Assembly: GCA_040767965.1 (NCBI GenBank)
Contig: JAXGNR010000004.1
Span: 64,001 to 128,000 of the forward strand
DNA: 64,000 nucleotides
Direction: 5' to 3'
Origin: Atribacterota bacterium
Lineage (GTDB): Bacteria > Atribacterota > Phoenicimicrobiia > Phoenicimicrobiales > Stramentimicrobiaceae
A program made the translations under genes and the position numbers. Shown in pieces: positions 29,298 through 39,506 of the stretch (positions are counted from its first letter, which is position 1; every line of letters begins with the position of its first letter). The notes under the pieces are model-generated. The model did not search any database and had not been told where the DNA came from. It saw only the letters and a program-made list of their open reading frames with translations.

Positions 29298-31972
29298 GCG
29301 TTTTTCTCCTTTTCAATTTTTTTATAGATAAGAGGTAATATATTTAGCAAAACAGATCTGGAATGCTCGACATAGTCGAAAGCTCCTATTTTAATCATAT
29401 TTTCCACAACAGTTTTTGATATTCTAAGAGAGTTTGTTTTGATACAAAAATCATAAAGAGAGGAAAATCTCCCTTTTTCATTTCTAATCTTTAAAATAGA
29501 CTCAGCCTGCTTTATACCCATTTCTTTAACTTTAAAAAGACCTATTCTGATAGACCGATCTTCCACCGAAAACCCCAACTGGCTTTTATTGATATCGGGC
29601 AGCAAAACAGGTACCCGAAAACGACGTGCCTCCTGCAAATAGCGATCATTATCATAGTAGCCCATCCCGTAAGTAAGCAGCGCAGCTAGATAATGTGCCG
29701 GGAAATGTACTTTCAGATAGCATGTTAAGTAAGAAAGTAAAGCATAAGAAGTGCTATGTGCTTTATTGAATCCATAATAAGCAAATTTGGCAATCAGATT
29801 AAAAATTTCTTCAGCTTCTTTTTTATTAAAGCCTTGTTGAGAAGCCTTATGGAGAAAAATGGATCGTTGCTCTTCCATGATGATTGGAGATCTGGAGCTC
29901 ATGGCTCGCCTAAAAAGATCAGCTTCTCCGGGATTTAGACCAGCGAAAGAAGAGACGGTTTGAATGACTTGCTCCTGATAAAGAATAACCCCATAGGTGT
30001 CTTTAAGTATTGCCTTTAATCTGGAATGTGGGTAGACAATACTTGCACGCCCCTGTTTTCTTTCTAAGTACTGTTTAGTCATTCCGCTATCCAAAGGACC
30101 TGGTCGGTAAAGTGAAAGAGCAGCAATCAAATCTTCCACACAGGAAGGGGAGAGCTGTTTTAGTAAAGAAGCCATACCTGAACTTTCAAGTTGGAAAATA
30201 CCCAGGGTTTTCCCTTTTTTCAAAGCATAAAAAGTTGACGGGTCATTAAAGGGTATTTTTTTTATATCTATCTTTATATTTTTACTGACAAGACTTTGTA
30301 ATGTTTTTTGTATTACTGTCAGACTTCTGGAGCCCAGAATATCAATTTTTAGCAAACCCATATCTTTAATGCCTTCTTTTTCATACTGACTGATAATTTC
30401 TCCCTCTGGACTTAATTCCAAAGGTACAAAATTAACCAGTGGCTGATTTGAAATTATTATGGCCGAGGCATGAATTGCGAGATGACGAGGTTTGCCTTCC
30501 AGAAATTGAGCATAAGAAAACAAAGATCGCAATGGCTCTTTTTGAGAAGGGAGTTTTTTTAGTTCAGGCAAATGTCGTAATGATGATTTAATGACCCCTG
30601 GAGAAGAAAAATAAGGCATCATTTTAGCAATTTTATTTAATTCCTGATAAGGAAAACCCAGGACTCGACCTACATCTCTAACAGCAGAGCGTGCGGCATA
30701 GGTATTGACAGCGCAAACGTGGGTTACTTTTTGTTGTCCGAATTTTCGAAAGATATATTGAATAACTTTGCTTCTTCCTATTTGTCCAAAATCAATATCT
30801 ATATCCGGCAAATCAATTCTTTGCGGGTTTAGAAATCGTTCAAAAAAAAGTTTATATTTTAAAGGATCCACTTCAGTAATGTTGAGCAAAAAAGAAACCA
30901 GACTGCCGGCAGCAGAACCTTTACCTGGTCCTACAGGGATATTATTTTGTTTGGCATACTGGACTATGTCCCTGACAATTAGAAAATAACCGGGGAAACC
31001 CATTTGATTAATTACCTGTAATTCATATTTCATACGATAAAAAGCCTGGCTGGAAGGGTCAGGGTAGTATTTTCTTAATCCTTCAAGACATAATTTTTCC
31101 AGATATTCTGAGGCAGAATAAGAGTCAGGAGCATCATAGGAGGGTAATTTAATTTTTCCTAATTCCAAATTTACATTACAAATATCAGCAATTTTCTCTG
31201 TATTTTTAAACCCTTCAGATAAATAAGGAAAAATTTCTTTCATTTCCTGTTGAGATTTAAGGTAATATTGATTATTGGGTAATGCTTCATAGTGAAAGCG
31301 TTTCCTGGTCCCTTGCAGAGCAATATTGTTAACTATTTTTTGGAAAGGAGCTTGTTTTTTTTCCATATAATGCACATTGTTGGTAATTACAGCAGGAATA
31401 GATAATTTTTCTCCTAAATCTAATAGATATTTGCTAATATTTTTTTCTTGTTCCAGGCCATGCGCAGAAATTTCCAGATAGAAATTATCGGGACCCATTA
31501 TTTTTTTATACCGGGAAGCAGCTGATTCTGCTTTCTGATATTCTTTTCTAATAAGAAGTGTAGATATTTCTCCTTGTAGACAGCCAGACAAAGCTATTAA
31601 ACCTTCACAGTGATTTTCCAGATCTTCGATGTTAACAGCCGGTATGCTTTGAAAATTAGATAAATGAGCTTTTGTGATAAGCCGACATAAATTCTGATAA
31701 CCAATATTATTTTTAGCTAACAATATTAGATGCACCGGTTGAGAGGGTGTCAGTAGTTCACTTTTAATACGTATTTCACACCCTATAATAGGTTTTATGC
31801 CTGCAGCTAAAGATTTTTTATAAAATTCAATTATACCGTAAAGACCGTCATGATCAGTCAGGGCAATAGCTCTCATTTTTAATGAAGATACCTTGTTAAT
31901 AATCTGATCAATATTGTTTAACCCATCCTGAAAACTGTATTGAGAATGTGTATGTAAATGAACAAAACTCAT
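29282..31972 (-). CDS. dnaE: SOS-associated DNA polymerase III alpha (DnaE2-like), N-terminal and catalytic part
   Basis: PHP motifs HLHTHSQYS and TDHD, GKGSAAGS, FERFLN, PDIDIDF, KIDILG, FQLES, RPGP, YQEQ, FNKAHS; probable start MSFVHLH at 31972. Confidence 0.93.
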   Translation of the reverse strand: MSFVHLHTHSQYSFQDGLNNIDQIINKVSSLKMRAIALTDHDGLYGIIEFYKKSLAAGIKPIIGCEIRIKSELLTPSQPVHLILLAKNNIGYQNLCRLITKAHLSNFQSIPAVNIEDLENHCEGLIALSGCLQGEISTLLIRKEYQKAESAASRYKKIMGPDNFYLEISAHGLEQEKNISKYLLDLGEKLSIPAVITNNVHYMEKKQAPFQKIVNNIALQGTRKRFHYEALPNNQYYLKSQQEMKEIFPYLSEGFKNTEKIADICNVNLELGKIKLPSYDAPDSYSASEYLEKLCLEGLRKYYPDPSSQAFYRMKYELQVINQMGFPGYFLIVRDIVQYAKQNNIPVGPGKGSAAGSLVSFLLNITEVDPLKYKLFFERFLNPQRIDLPDIDIDFGQIGRSKVIQYIFRKFGQQKVTHVCAVNTYAARSAVRDVGRVLGFPYQELNKIAKMMPYFSSPGVIKSSLRHLPELKKLPSQKEPLRSLFSYAQFLEGKPRHLAIHASAIIISNQPLVNFVPLELSPEGEIISQYEKEGIKDMGLLKIDILGSRSLTVIQKTLQSLVSKNIKIDIKKIPFNDPSTFYALKKGKTLGIFQLESSGMASLLKQLSPSCVEDLIAALSLYRPGPLDSGMTKQYLERKQGRASIVYPHSRLKAILKDTYGVILYQEQVIQTVSSFAGLNPGEADLFRRAMSSRSPIIMEEQRSIFLHKASQQGFNKKEAEEIFNLIAKFAYYGFNKAHSTSYALLSYLTCYLKVHFPAHYLAALLTYGMGYYDNDRYLQEARRFRVPVLLPDINKSQLGFSVEDRSIRIGLFKVKEMGIKQAESILKIRNEKGRFSSLYDFCIKTNSLRISKTVVENMIKIGAFDYVEHSRSVLLNILPLIYKKIEKEKNACQHF

Positions 31973-31993
31973 TTCTTTCCCTTCTTTCATTAT

Positions 31994-32007
31994 AAACATA
32001 TGTTCGC
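31994..32007 (-). promoter_or_regulatory. LexA (Cheo-type) SOS box upstream of dnaE
   Basis: Minus strand GCGAACATATGTTT, identical to the box at the lexA promoter; abuts a TATAAT at 31989-31994. Confidence 0.85.
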
Positions 32008-32059
32008 CCTAGAGGATAAAAAAATATCAGGACATATTTATTTTAGTCCTGGTTTGTTT

Positions 32060-32863
32060 TTAAAAATCTTTTTTTTCTTCGTCAGATGAGAATTGCTGAC
32101 AGAGTAATTCTTTAATCAGTAAAGCATTTTTAGCAGCCTTGCCCCGATAATGGTTATTCATAAAAATATACTGGTCTGTTGTTTGGTTCTTAATTTCTTT
32201 AATTTTAGGGATCCATTCTTTCAATTCATTTTCAGTGTAAAGATAATCGTAGCGCTGGTAGGCTTGCTCGTGCTGCCACCAATTTTCTTTGTTACGGCCA
32301 TGAAAGCGGATATAACCTAAATCGGAAGTTGTTTTAGTTATAGGAGGCAGCAATCCTTTTAAATCTGGCTGGTCTACTGCACAAATCCCTATCTGGTTTT
32401 CTCGGAGAAACTCAAAAACTTCTTCTCTTATCCAGCCAATATTACGGAATTCAATCACTAAAGGCAGGGGATTTGTAAGGCCTTTAAAATAACCAAGATA
32501 ACTTATATTTTCCCTGTTATAGTGAAAAGAGAAGGGGAATTGAGCCAGGACGCAACCCAGTTTATCACTATCAAGAAGTGGCTTTAAGGAAGCTTTAAAC
32601 TCTTGAAAGACAGACTGATTCTCTTTTCTAGAGTGCGTCATTTCCTGATTAGCCTTTACTGCAAATTTAAAATTTTCAGGAACTTTACTTTGTAGCTGGT
32701 AATAGACAGCAGCAGGAGGAATGCGGTAATAAGACGCATTAATCTCTACTGAGTTAAAATGTTTAGCATAAAGGGAGAGCATATCACCCTTTTTAACAGT
32801 TTCAGGATAAAAATAACCAATCCAGTCTTGGTAGCTGAATCCTGATGTGCCAATATAGAGCAT
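32060..32863 (-). CDS. DUF72 (YecE-like) protein
   Basis: IGTSGFSY, VEINASYY, QFPFSF, EFRN, YIRFHGRN, RYDYLY, FMNNH. Confidence 0.92.
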   Translation of the reverse strand: MLYIGTSGFSYQDWIGYFYPETVKKGDMLSLYAKHFNSVEINASYYRIPPAAVYYQLQSKVPENFKFAVKANQEMTHSRKENQSVFQEFKASLKPLLDSDKLGCVLAQFPFSFHYNRENISYLGYFKGLTNPLPLVIEFRNIGWIREEVFEFLRENQIGICAVDQPDLKGLLPPITKTTSDLGYIRFHGRNKENWWQHEQAYQRYDYLYTENELKEWIPKIKEIKNQTTDQYIFMNNHYRGKAAKNALLIKELLCQQFSSDEEKKDF

Positions 32864-32869
32864 AATATT

Positions 32870-33481
32870 TCATTTCCTCCCGTTGAATCTGCGAATAACG
32901 CCAATAACTTTTCCCAATATAGCAGCTTCTTTAACAATAATAGGATTATAAAGAGGGTTTGAAGGCATAAGCATAATCTTCCCTTCTTTTTTTAATAATC
33001 TTTTTACTGTCACCTCTTCCTGGTTGACAAGAGCAATAACTATATCTCCATTATCAGCACTATTTTGCGGTTGTACCATTACATAATCACCATCAAGGAT
33101 ATGGTCACCAGTCATGCTGTCTCCCTCCACTTTAACCAAAAAGCTTCCTTCATTTCCAGCTAATTCTTCCGGGACAGGGATTATCTGGCTGTATTCCTGT
33201 AATGCCAGTAATGGGTTTCCCGCAGGAACTTTCCCTATTAAGGGAAGTTTGCGAACTTGTGGTGCTAATTTAAGCGCTCTGTTTTTTTCTTTTTCTCTTT
33301 TAAGATATCCTTTTTTTTCCAGTATAGTCAGATATTTAAAAGCAGTGGCAGAGGATCGAACACCTATTTTTGCGCATAATTCCCGTACTGTTGGCGGATA
33401 ACCTGTTTCCTCAATGCTGGACTTAATAAGGTTTAGTGCATTTTTTTGTTTTTTTGTTAAATCGTCTTTGTTAGAAGACAT
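32870..33481 (-). CDS. lexA: SOS repressor LexA
   Basis: GYPPTVREL HTH, cleavage site VPAG, catalytic GDSM and TVKR; start placed at ATG 33481, downstream of the promoter. Confidence 0.96.
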   Translation of the reverse strand: MSSNKDDLTKKQKNALNLIKSSIEETGYPPTVRELCAKIGVRSSATAFKYLTILEKKGYLKREKEKNRALKLAPQVRKLPLIGKVPAGNPLLALQEYSQIIPVPEELAGNEGSFLVKVEGDSMTGDHILDGDYVMVQPQNSADNGDIVIALVNQEEVTVKRLLKKEGKIMLMPSNPLYNPIIVKEAAILGKVIGVIRRFNGRK

Positions 33482-33518
33482 GTTTTTTACCTTTATTAAT
33501 AAGTATTTTGTTAATATC

Positions 33519-33547
33519 ATTATAAAGAAAACATATGTTCGCGTCAA
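33519..33547 (-). promoter_or_regulatory. Sigma70 promoter of lexA with an SOS box in the spacer
   Basis: TTGACG-17 nt-TATAAT on the minus strand; spacer contains CGAACATATGTTT (33529-33541). Confidence 0.92.
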
Positions 33548-33732
33548 TAGTTTACTCTCAGGAATTCAGATGAAAAAGACCAAGTTTTCTTATTTTATAT
33601 TAAAATGACATTTGCTTTTCACTGTGAAAGTCGTTTAGAATTATTAAAAATCAGGTATTCTTTAATTTTATCAACTAATGTAATTATAAATAATAATTTG
33701 AGATAGAACAGGAAGATAGGAGGAGTAAAATT

Positions 33733-35373
33733 ATGAAAGACAAAAATGACCCGAGTTATATATACAGCACATGGGAACTTTTAAAAGATAATTCTGAAAA
33801 GATGAAAAAACAGCATTTGCGGACACTTTTCTTGCAGGATCCTGCCAGGACAGAAAAAATGAGCACTGAAGATATTGGTATTTACTTTGATTTTTCCAAA
33901 CATAGAATAGATTATGAAACTATCGAATTGCTTTTAAGTTTGGCAGAAGAGGCTGGATTAAAGAAATCCATTGAAGCAATGTTTCATGGGGTTAAAATTA
34001 ATTTTACCGAAAATCGTGCTGTTTTACATGTTGCCTTGCGTGCGCCGGAAGGAAAAATAATTTTTGTTGACGGAGAGAATGTTGTCCCTAAGATACATGA
34101 AGTTCTTAGCAGAATGGTTGTTATTGCCAATAAATTGAGATCATATCAATGGAAAGGATATACAGGAAAGCCAATTAAAAATATTATTAATATTGGAATA
34201 GGAGGTTCTGATTTAGGGCCGGCAATGGTTTATGATGCTTTACGCTATTACAGCAAGCGAGACCTGACCTTCCGCTTTATTTCCAATATTGATGGAACGG
34301 ATTTTGCAGAATCTGTTTTGGATCTGAATCCTGAAGAAACTTTATTTATTGTTTCTTCAAAAAGTTTTACTACTCAGGAAACTATGACTAATGCCAGAAC
34401 AGCAAGAAACTGGGTTCTTGACTCTTTAAAAAGCGAAGATGCAATTGCCAGTCACTTTGTCGCAGTATCCACTAACTATTCTCTGGTGAAAAAATTCGGT
34501 ATTAACCCGGAAAATGTATTTGAATTTTGGGATTGGGTAGGTGGTCGCTATTCTTTATGTTCTGCCATCGGGTTATCAACTATGATAGCGATAGGCCCGG
34601 ATAATTTTAAGTCTATGCTTGATGGTTTTCGGCAAATGGATAAACACTTTGAGGAGAAACCTTTCCAAAAAAATATACCACTGCTGATGGGGCTTTTAGG
34701 TATCTGGTACAATAATTTCTTTTCTGCAGAAACACTAGCTGTTTTGCCTTATGAACAGTATTTAAAGCGCTTTCCAGCATATTTACAGCAACTAACCATG
34801 GAAAGCAATGGAAAATATGTTGACAAAAGCGGGAAAAGAGTATCTTATCAAACAGGCCCAATTTATTGGGGTGAACCAGGAACTAACGGGCAGCATTCAT
34901 TTTACCAGCTAATTCACCAGGGAACAAAATTAATTCCCTGTGATTTTATTGCCTTTCTTGAGCCTCTTAACCTGGTTGGGAATCATCATGACATACTGAT
35001 GGCTAATGTTTTTGCTCAAGCGGAAGCCCTTGCTTTCGGGAAAACAGAGGAAGAAGTCCGACAGGAAGGTGCAAGTGATAATTTAATTCCTTATAAAGTT
35101 TTTGAAGGAAATAGGCCATCAAGTACTATTCTTATTAACAAGCTGACCCCTGAAAACTTGGGAAAGCTAATATCTATGTACGAGCACGCAGTGTTTACTC
35201 AGGGAATTATTTGGAAAATTAATTCTTTTGATCAATGGGGCGTAGAATTAGGTAAGAAATTGGCAGAAAATATATTGCCAGAAATAAGTCAACAAAAAAT
35301 AGTTGAATTAAAACACGACAGTTCTACTAATACACTTATTCGAAAATACAGGAAATCAAAAAATTATAATTAA
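33733..35373 (+). CDS. pgi: Glucose-6-phosphate isomerase
   Basis: [43 protein letters not shown]. Confidence 0.98.
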   Translation: MKDKNDPSYIYSTWELLKDNSEKMKKQHLRTLFLQDPARTEKMSTEDIGIYFDFSKHRIDYETIELLLSLAEEAGLKKSIEAMFHGVKINFTENRAVLHVALRAPEGKIIFVDGENVVPKIHEVLSRMVVIANKLRSYQWKGYTGKPIKNIINIGIGGSDLGPAMVYDALRYYSKRDLTFRFISNIDGTDFAESVLDLNPEETLFIVSSKSFTTQETMTNARTARNWVLDSLKSEDAIASHFVAVSTNYSLVKKFGINPENVFEFWDWVGGRYSLCSAIGLSTMIAIGPDNFKSMLDGFRQMDKHFEEKPFQKNIPLLMGLLGIWYNNFFSAETLAVLPYEQYLKRFPAYLQQLTMESNGKYVDKSGKRVSYQTGPIYWGEPGTNGQHSFYQLIHQGTKLIPCDFIAFLEPLNLVGNHHDILMANVFAQAEALAFGKTEEEVRQEGASDNLIPYKVFEGNRPSSTILINKLTPENLGKLISMYEHAVFTQGIIWKINSFDQWGVELGKKLAENILPEISQQKIVELKHDSSTNTLIRKYRKSKNYN

Positions 35374-35379
35374 AGAATA

Positions 35380-35441
35380 TTGACATATAATTTATTTAAG
35401 GTATAATTATAGTTATATATAATATGCTAATAGCATATTAT
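35380..35441 (+). promoter_or_regulatory. marR-hsp20 promoter with palindromic operator
   Basis: TTGACA-16 nt-TATAAT (35380-35407), then 11-bp-arm palindrome ataatatgcta-a-tagcatattat (35419-35441). Confidence 0.8.
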
Positions 35442-35464
35442 GTTAATGACAAATAAGGTGGTTT

Positions 35465-35878
35465 ATGTCGGATAACCTATTAAATTTAATTGTAAAATTA
35501 AAATTAAACAGGATGCTTGACGAGGAGCATATGCGGATGATTTGCAATTTGTCTATTGCTGAATATCGCGGTATTATGGCTCAACAAAACGGACACGAAA
35601 TGACATGTCAGGAGATGGCGGAAATAATGGAACTGTCTCCTTCCAGAAGCAGTAGAGTAATAGATAATTTAGTTAAAAAAGGCTACTTTATCCGAAAAAC
35701 CAGCAAACATGACAGGCGTTCAGTTGCGGTAACTCTGTCTCATAGAGGTAGAGAAATTAAAGAAGAGATAAAGAAAAACCGGCAACAGCTGGAAAAAGAT
35801 TTAAAGGAATACTTTTCTGAAAGTGACATAGATATGATAAAAAATTCTTTACGCATGTTACTTGATTATTTTGTTTAA
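35465..35878 (+). CDS. MarR-family transcriptional regulator
   Basis: Winged HTH LSPSRSSRVIDNLVKKGY...DRRSVAVTLS. Confidence 0.9.
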   Translation: MSDNLLNLIVKLKLNRMLDEEHMRMICNLSIAEYRGIMAQQNGHEMTCQEMAEIMELSPSRSSRVIDNLVKKGYFIRKTSKHDRRSVAVTLSHRGREIKEEIKKNRQQLEKDLKEYFSESDIDMIKNSLRMLLDYFV

Positions 35879-35908
35879 AATATTAAAAAAAGTGAAGGAG
35901 GTTTTATT

Positions 35909-36349
35909 ATGGATTTGATTCGCTGGGAACCAAAAGATAGTTTAATGAGAAGTTTTTTTGATGATTTTTTTGATAATATGAACAGGCCAGGCGGAAACAA
36001 AAGAAGAAGATGGGATGAAGGCGGCATATGAGCTCCTGCTACAGATTTAGTTGACAAAAAAGATAAACTGGTAGCCAGAATAGAATTGCCTGGAGTAGAG
36101 AAGAAAGATGTTAAAATTTCAGTAAGTGATAATAATTTGACCGTACAGGGAGAAATAGAAAAAGATAAAGAAACTAAAAAAGAAGATTATTATTGCTGTG
36201 AAAGGGCTTATGGTACATATTCCAGAACAATTTCCTTGCCGGCAGAAATTGACCAGGAAAAAATAAAAGCAATTTTTAGAAATGGAATACTGGAAATCAT
36301 CTTGCCTAAAAAACCAGAAAAAAAGCCTAAAGAAATTACGATAGAATAG
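35909..36349 (+). pseudogene. Hsp20/alpha-crystallin small heat-shock protein with an in-frame TGA at codon 41
   Basis: SD aaggagg plus ATG 35909: MDLIRWEP...FFDDFF...GI*APATDLVD...ELPGVEK...ERAYGTYSRTISLP...NGILEI; TGA at 36029-36031. Confidence 0.88.
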
Positions 36350-36435
36350 ATCAATAAAGTATATTTTAGCAAAGGATGAAAAATGATTAATTTTGAAAAT
36401 TGAGAATTATGATATATAAGGAGAATATTCAGGTA

Positions 36436-36475
36436 AAAAATACTGGGAGCCTTTAAAATGGTTTCCAGTATTTTT
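36436..36475. terminator. Bidirectional terminator
   Basis: aaaaatactgggagcc...ggtttccagtattttt. Confidence 0.8.
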
Positions 36476-36477
36476 GC

Positions 36478-37398
36478 TTATTCTAAATGATATTGTTCTT
36501 CATATTTTGTTTTAATTCTAAAATTAGCAATGCCGGAAATCATTATTAAAAGAGTACCCATAATACTGTACAAATCTGGAAATTCCTGCAGAAAAAATAT
36601 TCCCAGTATGGTTGCGAAAATGATCTCAGAATACATATAGAAAGAAAGAAAACCTGCATGTGCCATTCCATATGCCCTGGCGAAACCATAAGATGAAATT
36701 AAACATAGTATTGCTATTATCAGTAATATAATAAAATTTTTTAAATCAGGAAAAACAAATGTTTTTTGTATCAAGGTTGTCGACAGACCAAGAAGGCCAG
36801 ATATGTAAGCAAGATAACCGATAATGACTAATGAATGGTCGGTTGAGCGCAAATGACGGAGAATAACCTGAGTAATTGCGAAAAAGAAAGCTCCATTTAG
36901 AGCAATAAAAGAAGGGAGTAAGTTTGACTGCATAGCTGGCTTGATGATTAGTACTACCCCTAAGAAAGCTAACAAAATCAAAGGAATCTGTATTTTTAGT
37001 AATCTCTCTTTTAAGAAAAAGAAAGATAATATGATAACAAAAATGGGAAATAATTGTTTTATGGTGATAGCATTTGCCAGCAGCATATTGGTATAAGCAA
37101 AATACATTGAAGAAATAGATATAAAACCAGTCAATCCTCTCAAAATCAGAAACTTTTTATTACTGCCAAAAATAGGTATTTTATTTTTAATCAATAGTAT
37201 TGGAGCAAAAATCATCATTCCCAGGTTTCTAAAAAAAACCAGTTCCATCACCGGAAGGTTGTTTACTTTTTTAACAAGTAATCCTATTAATGCAGTCAAG
37301 AAAGATGAAAAAATAAGAATAAGAATTGCTTTTATATTTTTGGAATATATATCTTTCTTAATATTTTCATTAGAATTATAGAGAGAATTTTTTTTCAT
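36478..37398 (-). CDS. DMT/EamA-family transporter
   Basis: About 10 TM segments, LVFFRN, LRGLTG, FLKE motifs. Confidence 0.88.
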   Translation of the reverse strand: MKKNSLYNSNENIKKDIYSKNIKAILILIFSSFLTALIGLLVKKVNNLPVMELVFFRNLGMMIFAPILLIKNKIPIFGSNKKFLILRGLTGFISISSMYFAYTNMLLANAITIKQLFPIFVIILSFFFLKERLLKIQIPLILLAFLGVVLIIKPAMQSNLLPSFIALNGAFFFAITQVILRHLRSTDHSLVIIGYLAYISGLLGLSTTLIQKTFVFPDLKNFIILLIIAILCLISSYGFARAYGMAHAGFLSFYMYSEIIFATILGIFFLQEFPDLYSIMGTLLIMISGIANFRIKTKYEEQYHLE

Positions 37399-37463
37399 AG
37401 TAAAACTTAATCAATAAAATTATTATAATAAAAGATTTAACTTCGATACGATTATTCCTATAA

Positions 37464-38636
37464 TTAAGATGCAATAGTATTCAGGAAAATTTGAATTACT
37501 TTTGCGCCACCAATAAAGGTGCCCAAAGAGCTACCAAGATTTGCCAAAGCTACTATTAAAAGTATTTTTGTAACACGGTTTTGAAAAAAATCTTTGAAAG
37601 TAGTTATGTCTCCCAATTTTTCGAAATCATCAACTTTGGGTTTTCTGATAAACGCTTCGGCTATTCCGGCAAACCAGCCTGCGGCCAACAAAGGGTTTAA
37701 AGAAGTAATTGGGGCTGCTATAAAAGCAGTTAGAATAGAGAGAGGATGGGCAGCTGCAATAAAAGTTCCCAGCGCAGCAAGAGTGCCATTCCAAAGAAGC
37801 CATTGAAATATCTGATTAAATCCGTTGGGAGGAGACATGATAAATGTTTGAATGATAATAGAAACAATTATAATTGGGATTCCCCATAAAATCCATTTTG
37901 TCCAATTTGGACCTTTGGGGACATAGTTTAAATCATGTAAATTATGATTTTTATAAATTTCCTTTTTAATTCCAGGCACATGTCCGGCACCAACCACAGC
38001 TACAATTTTTTTACCGGGAGCATTCTTAATTTTTTCTGCCAGATACTGATCTCTTTCATCAATTAAAGTACTTTTTAGCTTCGGAAAAGAGGTTGCCATT
38101 TCCTGCAAAGCAGCAGTTAACATATCTTCAGATTTAAGCTTTTCAATTTCTTCTTCTGAGATATCTTCCTTATTGAACATGCTCAATAATAACATAAAAA
38201 ACAATTTTATCTTGCCAAAAAAACTTAATTTTCGCCAAATCCTGGTAAAGGTTATCTGTATATCCCTGTCAGCAAGGACCAGCTCAATATTGTTTTCTTG
38301 AGCAGATTGAATTGCCTGGATCATTTCCTGTCCCGGATTGATTCCCAGCTGACGGGCTAGTCTTTTTTGGAAAGCTGATAAAATTAAATTAACCAGCAAA
38401 AGCAGAGATTTTTTTTGTTTAATGATGGTAATTATATCCATCTCTTTCCACTTATCAGGGTTGGTAATAGACTGAAAGCGAGACGGGCATAATTCAACAC
38501 AAACTGAGTCAGGAAGCTCTTCCTGAATAAAATTTTTTACAGTTTCAGCACTTACTTTTGAAACATGTGCTGTTCCTATTAAATAAATATCTTTATCTTC
38601 CAAAGAAAGATGATGAATATCTTTATTATTTTCCAA
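37464..38636 (-). CDS. TraB/PrgY (pheromone shutdown)-family protein
   Basis: IGTAHVS, VELC, PGQEM, LADRDIQIT, LIDERD, VVGAGH, C-terminal TM helices. Confidence 0.9.
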   Translation of the reverse strand: MENNKDIHHLSLEDKDIYLIGTAHVSKVSAETVKNFIQEELPDSVCVELCPSRFQSITNPDKWKEMDIITIIKQKKSLLLLVNLILSAFQKRLARQLGINPGQEMIQAIQSAQENNIELVLADRDIQITFTRIWRKLSFFGKIKLFFMLLLSMFNKEDISEEEIEKLKSEDMLTAALQEMATSFPKLKSTLIDERDQYLAEKIKNAPGKKIVAVVGAGHVPGIKKEIYKNHNLHDLNYVPKGPNWTKWILWGIPIIIVSIIIQTFIMSPPNGFNQIFQWLLWNGTLAALGTFIAAAHPLSILTAFIAAPITSLNPLLAAGWFAGIAEAFIRKPKVDDFEKLGDITTFKDFFQNRVTKILLIVALANLGSSLGTFIGGAKVIQIFLNTIAS

Positions 38637-38839
38637 AAACAGGACTCCTTTTAGTGGTAATATTTAATTCATGGAATGCAAACACAATTAAGATTATAAC
38701 ATAAGTGGAAGAAATGGTGTAGAATAAATAGAATTAATTTGCTAAAATTGTAAGTAATTGTAAATAGAATTTTTGCATGCCTGCTTTAATGAAGATACTT
38801 TCTTAAAAGAAATAATTTAACAATAAAAAGGAGAAAAAT

Positions 38840-39409
38840 ATGAAAAAATCAATTGGTCCTAAAACATTTTTAGGGGCTGTGCCTGTTTTGCTAGTTGGGA
38901 GTTATGATGAGAAAAATAAACCAAATTTAATGACTTGTGCCTGGGGAGGGATCTGTTGTTCTGAACCCCCTTGTATAAATATATCTTTGAGAAAAAACAG
39001 GTATTCATATAATGGTATCAATTCCAAAAAAGCATTTACAGTAAATATACCTTTTAGTGACCAAACCAAAGAAGCAGATTATTACGGGATTGTTTCCGGA
39101 GCAAATTATAATAAATTTGAAGATACTGAGATTACTCCTATTAAAAGTGATCTTGTTGATGCTCCATATGGAAAAGAATTTCCAATAGTAGTAGAGTGTA
39201 AAGTTATAAATCAAATTGAATTAGGTTCCCATGTTCAATTTATAGGAGAAGTGTTAGATGTAAAAATAGAAGAAAGCCTGCTGGATAAAGAAGACAATAT
39301 AGTTGGTGAAAAACTTGATCCAATTATGTCTATTCCGGTGATAAGCGAATATTTTGCCCTGGGTAAATACATAGGCAAAGGATTCACAATTGGAAAAGAT
39401 CTCAGTTAA
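38840..39409 (+). CDS. Flavin reductase-like (flavoredoxin) protein
   Basis: NLMTCAWGG, FTVNIP, GIVSG, VECKV, LGSHVQFIGEV. Confidence 0.88.
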   Translation: MKKSIGPKTFLGAVPVLLVGSYDEKNKPNLMTCAWGGICCSEPPCINISLRKNRYSYNGINSKKAFTVNIPFSDQTKEADYYGIVSGANYNKFEDTEITPIKSDLVDAPYGKEFPIVVECKVINQIELGSHVQFIGEVLDVKIEESLLDKEDNIVGEKLDPIMSIPVISEYFALGKYIGKGFTIGKDLS

Positions 39410-39437
39410 ATTATATTGGTAAAAATCTTTATTGATA

Positions 39438-39476
39438 GAGGGCAGGAGAGCCATTTTTCATTATTTTCTTGCCCTC
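39438..39476. terminator. Probable terminator hairpin between convergent genes
   Basis: gagggcaggag...ttcttgccctc. Confidence 0.55.
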
Positions 39477-39506
39477 AAAGCAGATTAAAATCATAATTGA
39501 TATAAC

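Noticed and set aside
33615-33630. cttttcactgtgaaag as a parS site
   Set aside because: It has an extra central base and different flanks compared with TGTTTCACGTGAAACA. No convincing parS was seen in the window.
36029-36031. TGA reassignment (genetic code 4/25) or selenocysteine
   Set aside because: TGA terminates other genes here (tctB at 57436, LiaF-like gene at 14274), Trp is encoded by TGG throughout, and the position is a Trp site rather than a Cys site.
37464-38636. TraB as evidence of a conjugative element
   Set aside because: It is the TraB/PrgY metalloprotease-like family; no T4SS, relaxase or integrase is in the window.
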